Part shown: positions 59,904 through 64,000 of the stretch, piece by piece
Numbering within the stretch: position 1 is the stretch's first letter
Layout: the number at the start of each line of letters is the position of its first letter
Source of the DNA: Candidatus Latescibacterota bacterium
GTDB lineage: Bacteria; Latescibacterota; UBA2968; UBA8231
DNA: 64,000 nucleotides
NCBI GenBank assembly: GCA_965242865.1
Contig: CBDETK010000013.1
Span: 768,001-832,000, forward strand
Direction of reading: 5' to 3'
Notes under the pieces: generated by a model
The model's input: only the letters and a program-made list of their open reading frames with translations
What the model was told of the DNA's origin: nothing
The model's database searches: none
Made by a program: the position numbers and the translations under genes

Positions 59904-61529
59904 ATGGAATATCCAGATATGATCCAAGCACTCGTGGGCTTGGGCCTGCTCGCGTTGGGCGGCGGTCTGGGTTTTCTGCTGAGTTATCAATTAAAAAAGG
60001 GCGTCCTGCCCCAAGTAGAGAAAGAGGCAGAAGACCGAGTGCGGCAGCAGTTGGCCGAAGAAGGGCAGGCGGTGCGGTTGAGCTTGCTCGAGGAGCGAGA
60101 TAATTGGTATCAAACCAAAGCCCGCCAAGAGGCCGAGCTAGAAGATCAGTTGGCCGCTCTAAACCGCCGCGACCAGAGCTTGGCCCAGCTCGTGCGCGAT
60201 CTCAACAGCGAGAAAGAGGAGCAGACCCGGGCGTGGAACCGCCTCAAAAACCAGGAGCGGCAGCTTGGCCAGCGCGAACAGACCCTAAAGGAAGAAGCCG
60301 AGGAACTGGACCAGCTGCGCGCCGAGTACCAGCAACGCCTAGAGCTGGCCAGTGGCCTGCCCGCAGACGAGGCGCGCGAACAAATGATGGAGCAGCTGGC
60401 CAGCGAGGTCCGCGGGCGAGCCGCGGCCATGATCCGCAGCGAGCGCACCAAGGCCAAGGAAGAGTCCGATCGAGAGGCCAAAAAAATCATCGCCCAAGCC
60501 ATTCAGCGCTGTGCTGTTGAAGAGACCGTCCACTTGGTCACCTCGGCTGTGCCCTTGCCCAACGAGGGCATCAAAAGCCGCATCATCGGCAAGGAAGGGC
60601 GCAATGTGCGCGCCTTTGAGACGGCGACCGGCGTCAAGGTGGTGGTCGATGATACGCCGGATGCCGTGTTGCTTTCGTCCTACGATCCAGCCAGACGCGA
60701 AGTGGCTAGCCGGGCGATGCACCAGCTGATCGGCGGTGGCGGCTTCACCCCGGTCAAGATCGAGGAAGTGGTAGCGGACTGCCGTAGGGCCCTACACAAA
60801 GACATGGTCGAGGTCGGCAAGAGTGCGCTCCGCGAGATCGGGGCCAGCCAGTATCACCCGGATTTGCCCTATTACGTGGGCATGCTCAAGTATCGCGCTA
60901 GTTTTGGCCAAAACCTCCTACAACACTGCCTAGAGGTCGCCCATTTGTCCGGGGGCATGGCCGCGGAGGTCGGATTGGATGTGCCGTTGGCCAAGCGGGC
61001 CGGCCTCTTGCACGACATCGGCAAGACCGTCAGCAAGGAGATGGAAGGCGGCCACGTCGAATTGGGCATTAAGTTGGGAGAGCGCTTTGACGAGCATCCG
61101 ATCGTGCGGGAAGTCATCGCCGAGCACCACGGGGATGACGAGCGTCTTTCCCCGATCTGCTTCTTGGTGAAGGCAGCGGATACCATATCGTCGATCCGGC
61201 CGGGGGGGCGGCGCGAAGACCTCGAAGGCTATACCCGCCGCATCACGCGCTTAAAAGAAATCGCGACCGCGTTTACCGGGGTCAAAGACGTGTACGCCAT
61301 CAACGCCGGCCGCGAAATCCGCGTCATGGTCTGCGGCGAGCAAATCGGCGATGAAGACGCGGAGATGCTCGCGTTCGACATAGCCAAGCGCGTCAAAACC
61401 GAATTGACCTTTGCCGGCCAAGTCAAGGTCGTGGTCATGCGCCAGACGCAGGTGGTGCGCCATATTGAGCACAATGGCAGCGGTCGTGGGGTGCGCCGGG
61501 GCGGCGACAGCGGAGCGATGCGTGGCTGA
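59904..61529 (+). CDS. rny: Ribonuclease Y
   Basis: N-terminal TM helix and coiled coil, KH domain (IIGKEGRN), HD domain (LLHDIGK) and AGREIRV. Confidence 0.92.
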   Translation: MEYPDMIQALVGLGLLALGGGLGFLLSYQLKKGVLPQVEKEAEDRVRQQLAEEGQAVRLSLLEERDNWYQTKARQEAELEDQLAALNRRDQSLAQLVRDLNSEKEEQTRAWNRLKNQERQLGQREQTLKEEAEELDQLRAEYQQRLELASGLPADEAREQMMEQLASEVRGRAAAMIRSERTKAKEESDREAKKIIAQAIQRCAVEETVHLVTSAVPLPNEGIKSRIIGKEGRNVRAFETATGVKVVVDDTPDAVLLSSYDPARREVASRAMHQLIGGGGFTPVKIEEVVADCRRALHKDMVEVGKSALREIGASQYHPDLPYYVGMLKYRASFGQNLLQHCLEVAHLSGGMAAEVGLDVPLAKRAGLLHDIGKTVSKEMEGGHVELGIKLGERFDEHPIVREVIAEHHGDDERLSPICFLVKAADTISSIRPGGRREDLEGYTRRITRLKEIATAFTGVKDVYAINAGREIRVMVCGEQIGDEDAEMLAFDIAKRVKTELTFAGQVKVVVMRQTQVVRHIEHNGSGRGVRRGGDSGAMRG

Positions 61530-62691
61530 CCAAGACCGAAAAATCGTCGTGCTCGGCTGCACCGGGTCCATTGGCGACACGTGCTTTAAGGTCCTCGAAA
61601 ACTTGGGACCCGGGTACGAGCTCGTGGGCTTGGCAGGGGGGGGCCAGCTCGAAAAGCTGATCGGGCGCGCCCGCCGCTGGCAGCCGCAAAAAATTTGCGT
61701 CCTAGACGCCGCGGCGAGAAAACAGGTGCAGAGCGCAGTGCCCCGGGCTGAGGTCGTTTGCGGCGCACAGGGGTTGTGCGAGCTCGCCGCGATGCCGGAG
61801 GCCGATCTAGTGCTCAATGGGCTCGTCGGCGCCGTCGGCCTCGGCCCGACGCTGGCAGCGTTGGCCGAGGGCAAGACCGTGGCCATGGCCAATAAGGAGC
61901 CCTTGGTCATGGCCGGCGGCCTCATTTTGCAGCAGGCCCAGCGCAGCGGGGGGACCGTGCTGCCGTTGGACAGCGAGCCCAACGCCATCTGGCAATGTCT
62001 GAAGGGCGAACACCGCTCCAGCCTGCAACGGATCGTCCTCACGGCCTCGGGAGGGCCGTTCTTTGGGTACTGCCGCGCCCAGCTGCGCACCATCACCCCA
62101 GAGCAGGCCATCGAGCACCCCACTTGGAAAATGGGTCCCAAGATCAGCGTGGATTCGGCAACCCTGATGAACAAAGGCTTTGAGGTCATCGAGGCGACTT
62201 GGCTGTTTGGCGTTGCGGTCGAGCAAGTAGAGGTGGTCGTACACCGCCAGTCGGTCGTGCATGCGCTGGTCGAATTTGCCGATGGATCGCTGCTAGCGCA
62301 CTTGGGGCCAACCGATATGATGCTGCCGATTCAATACGCCCTGACCCACCCGCAGCGGCGGCCGGTGCCGCTCGACCGCCTCGACCTCGCGCAGGTGGGC
62401 CAACTGAGTTTTGCCGCTCCAGACCGGGCGAATTTTCCCGGGCTGGAGCTGTGCTACGCAGCGGGCCGCAGCGGGGGGACCGCGCCCGCCGCTCTCAACG
62501 CGGCCAATGAGGAAGCGGTGGGTGCCTTTTTGGCGCGGCAAATCGGGTTTCTCGACATCGCCGACCTGAACCGCGACGTGCTGGCCCGCTGCGGCGCGCA
62601 GGAGGCGGTTTCCCTCGAATCCATCCTAGAGGCAGACCGCTATGCGCGGCGGCTGGCGCGGGAGTGGGTCGCCGGACGGAGTGACTTATGA
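61522..62691 (+). CDS. dxr: 1-deoxy-D-xylulose 5-phosphate reductoisomerase
   Basis: GCTGSIG, ANKE, DSE, LTASGGPF, HPTWKMGPKISVDSATLMNK and NAANE. Confidence 0.95.
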   Translation: MADQDRKIVVLGCTGSIGDTCFKVLENLGPGYELVGLAGGGQLEKLIGRARRWQPQKICVLDAAARKQVQSAVPRAEVVCGAQGLCELAAMPEADLVLNGLVGAVGLGPTLAALAEGKTVAMANKEPLVMAGGLILQQAQRSGGTVLPLDSEPNAIWQCLKGEHRSSLQRIVLTASGGPFFGYCRAQLRTITPEQAIEHPTWKMGPKISVDSATLMNKGFEVIEATWLFGVAVEQVEVVVHRQSVVHALVEFADGSLLAHLGPTDMMLPIQYALTHPQRRPVPLDRLDLAQVGQLSFAAPDRANFPGLELCYAAGRSGGTAPAALNAANEEAVGAFLARQIGFLDIADLNRDVLARCGAQEAVSLESILEADRYARRLAREWVAGRSDL

Positions 62692-62954
62692 AGGAAGACA
62701 CCAACGCAGCACGGCAGAGAGCCTTGGTACTATGCCAGAAGGTGAGCCGCATCAACATCGGGATCATCCTCGCGGCTTTCGCGCTCATCCTCCTCCTGAC
62801 CACGGTCTCGACCGCAGAGTGGGTGCGGGCGACCGGCAAGGGGCTGTACTATGTCATCGTCTCCCAGATCCTCGCGTCGGTCGGGGCTTGGTACTATCGC
62901 ACCCGCTTGGAGAAAGCACGGGTTGAGGAAGGCCGCTCGCATGGAGACCATTAA
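62688..62954 (+). CDS. Small two-TM hypothetical protein
   Basis: Overlaps both the dxr stop and the queD start; two hydrophobic helices. Confidence 0.6.
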   Translation: MKEDTNAARQRALVLCQKVSRINIGIILAAFALILLLTTVSTAEWVRATGKGLYYVIVSQILASVGAWYYRTRLEKARVEEGRSHGDH

Positions 62955-63381
62955 GGCCCAAGGCAAATTCCACGCGGCCCATCGGCTGCTAGACTACGAT
63001 GGCAAATGCGCCTACGTCCACGGGCATACTTGGCGCGGCGCGTTCGTCGTCCGCGCCGAGCGCTTTCCGCGGCGCGAAAAACTGGACCTAGCCATCGACT
63101 TTGGTGCGCTCAAGGACATCTTCAAATTTTTGGATCACAAGATGCTGGTGGCCGCTCGGGATGCGACCTTTCTCGATGCCAAGCTCTTTGACCCGCAGGG
63201 GGTCGTGGTCGTGCCGGGCGACAACCCGAGCGTGGAAAACGTGGCCGAGTACTGCCTCGACCAAGCGGTGGAGGTTTTGCAGGGGCTGCTTCCGCGCCGG
63301 GGCGAGCAGTACCACATCGAAGTTTCCATCCAAGAAACCGACAACAATTTCTTTGTTGCCGAGCGCCTGCTGCGCTGCTGA
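62941..63381 (+). CDS. queD: 6-carboxy-5,6,7,8-tetrahydropterin synthase (QueD/PTPS family)
   Basis: FHAAHRL..Y.GKC..VHGH, IDFG.LK, LDH, PS.EN.A and ET. Confidence 0.82.
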   Translation: METIKAQGKFHAAHRLLDYDGKCAYVHGHTWRGAFVVRAERFPRREKLDLAIDFGALKDIFKFLDHKMLVAARDATFLDAKLFDPQGVVVVPGDNPSVENVAEYCLDQAVEVLQGLLPRRGEQYHIEVSIQETDNNFFVAERLLRC

Positions 63382-63384
63382 GCG

Positions 63385-64000
63385 ATGAGTGAAACCGCGA
63401 AAAACGTGGTGGTGCTCGGCGCTGGGGTCATGGGCGGGCAAATCGCGGCTCTACTCGCTGGCGCGGGCCACGAGGTGCGTCTGCTCGACTTGCCGCTGGC
63501 CGGCGATGGCGCGGGCCGCGCCCGGCAGGGGCTGGCTAGGACCTGCGCCCTGCGCCCGCCCGCGTTCTATCTAGCGGAGCAGGCCCAGCGCATCGAATTG
63601 GGGAGCATGGAGGATCTAGTGTGCGTTGGGGAGGCCGATTGGGTTATTGAAGCGGTCGTAGAAGAGATCGCGCCCAAGCGGGCGTTGCTGGCCCGGCTGG
63701 AGCCGCACCTGCACGACGGATTGGTCATCAGCAGCAATACCTCGGGGCTAGCTATCGCCGAGCTGTCGCGCGGCCGGTCGCCGGAGTTTTGCCGCCGCTT
63801 TCTCGGAGTGCATTTCTTCAATCCGCCGCGCTACATGAAGTTGGTCGAAGTCATCCCGGGGCCTAGCACGGAGTCGGCCATCGTCGAGCAGATGGTGGAT
63901 TTCCTCGCGGAGGAGCTGGGCAAGGGCGTAGTCTGCGGCCGAGACACCCCTAATTTCATCGGCAATCGCCTGTGGATTTTCGCTGTCTGCGACATGCTGC
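63385..64000 (+). CDS. 3-hydroxyacyl-CoA dehydrogenase (3'-truncated by the window)
   Basis: Translated from the sequence: VLGAGVMGGQIA, WVIEAVVE, SSNTSGL, HFFNPPRYMKLVE and DTPNFIGNR. Confidence 0.9.
   Translation, partial: MSETAKNVVVLGAGVMGGQIAALLAGAGHEVRLLDLPLAGDGAGRARQGLARTCALRPPAFYLAEQAQRIELGSMEDLVCVGEADWVIEAVVEEIAPKRALLARLEPHLHDGLVISSNTSGLAIAELSRGRSPEFCRRFLGVHFFNPPRYMKLVEVIPGPSTESAIVEQMVDFLAEELGKGVVCGRDTPNFIGNRLWIFAVCDML

Overview
A GC-rich bacterial chromosomal segment. Its FlgD-Ig-tailed secreted proteins, CRTAC1/ASPIC-UnbV protein and overall gene content suggest an FCB-group organism such as Latescibacterota or Gemmatimonadota; this is inference only. 1-10.8 kb holds secreted and membrane proteins, including two near-identical tandem glucose/sorbosone-dehydrogenase-like genes and a cluster of REP-like palindromes. 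About 10.8-22.7 kb is an integrase-free defence-like island, all on the minus strand. It carries an ABC/AAA ATPase with a partner, a Type IIG-like restriction-modification protein, and a visibly lower-GC three-gene operon. That operon encodes a DpdA-type transglycosylase with an extra N-terminal domain, a UvrD helicase and an Fe-S RecB/Cas4-like nuclease. A duplicated two-gene module with one decayed copy ends the island. The rest is mostly core genome: miaB, mtaB, pcrA, mltG, tRNA-Thr(CGT), an orphan ftsA, ssb, eno, nth, sod, folE, a KamA-family gene, rny, dxr and queD. It also includes a sigma-54 psp-like operon whose PspF-clade activator carries a receiver domain and is paired with a TPR histidine kinase. 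The best candidates for undescribed systems are (1) the compact DpdA-UvrD-nuclease operon lacking dpdB and dpdD-K, and (2) the two-component-rewired Psp module. All protein calls are from motif reading by eye; no database searches were run.
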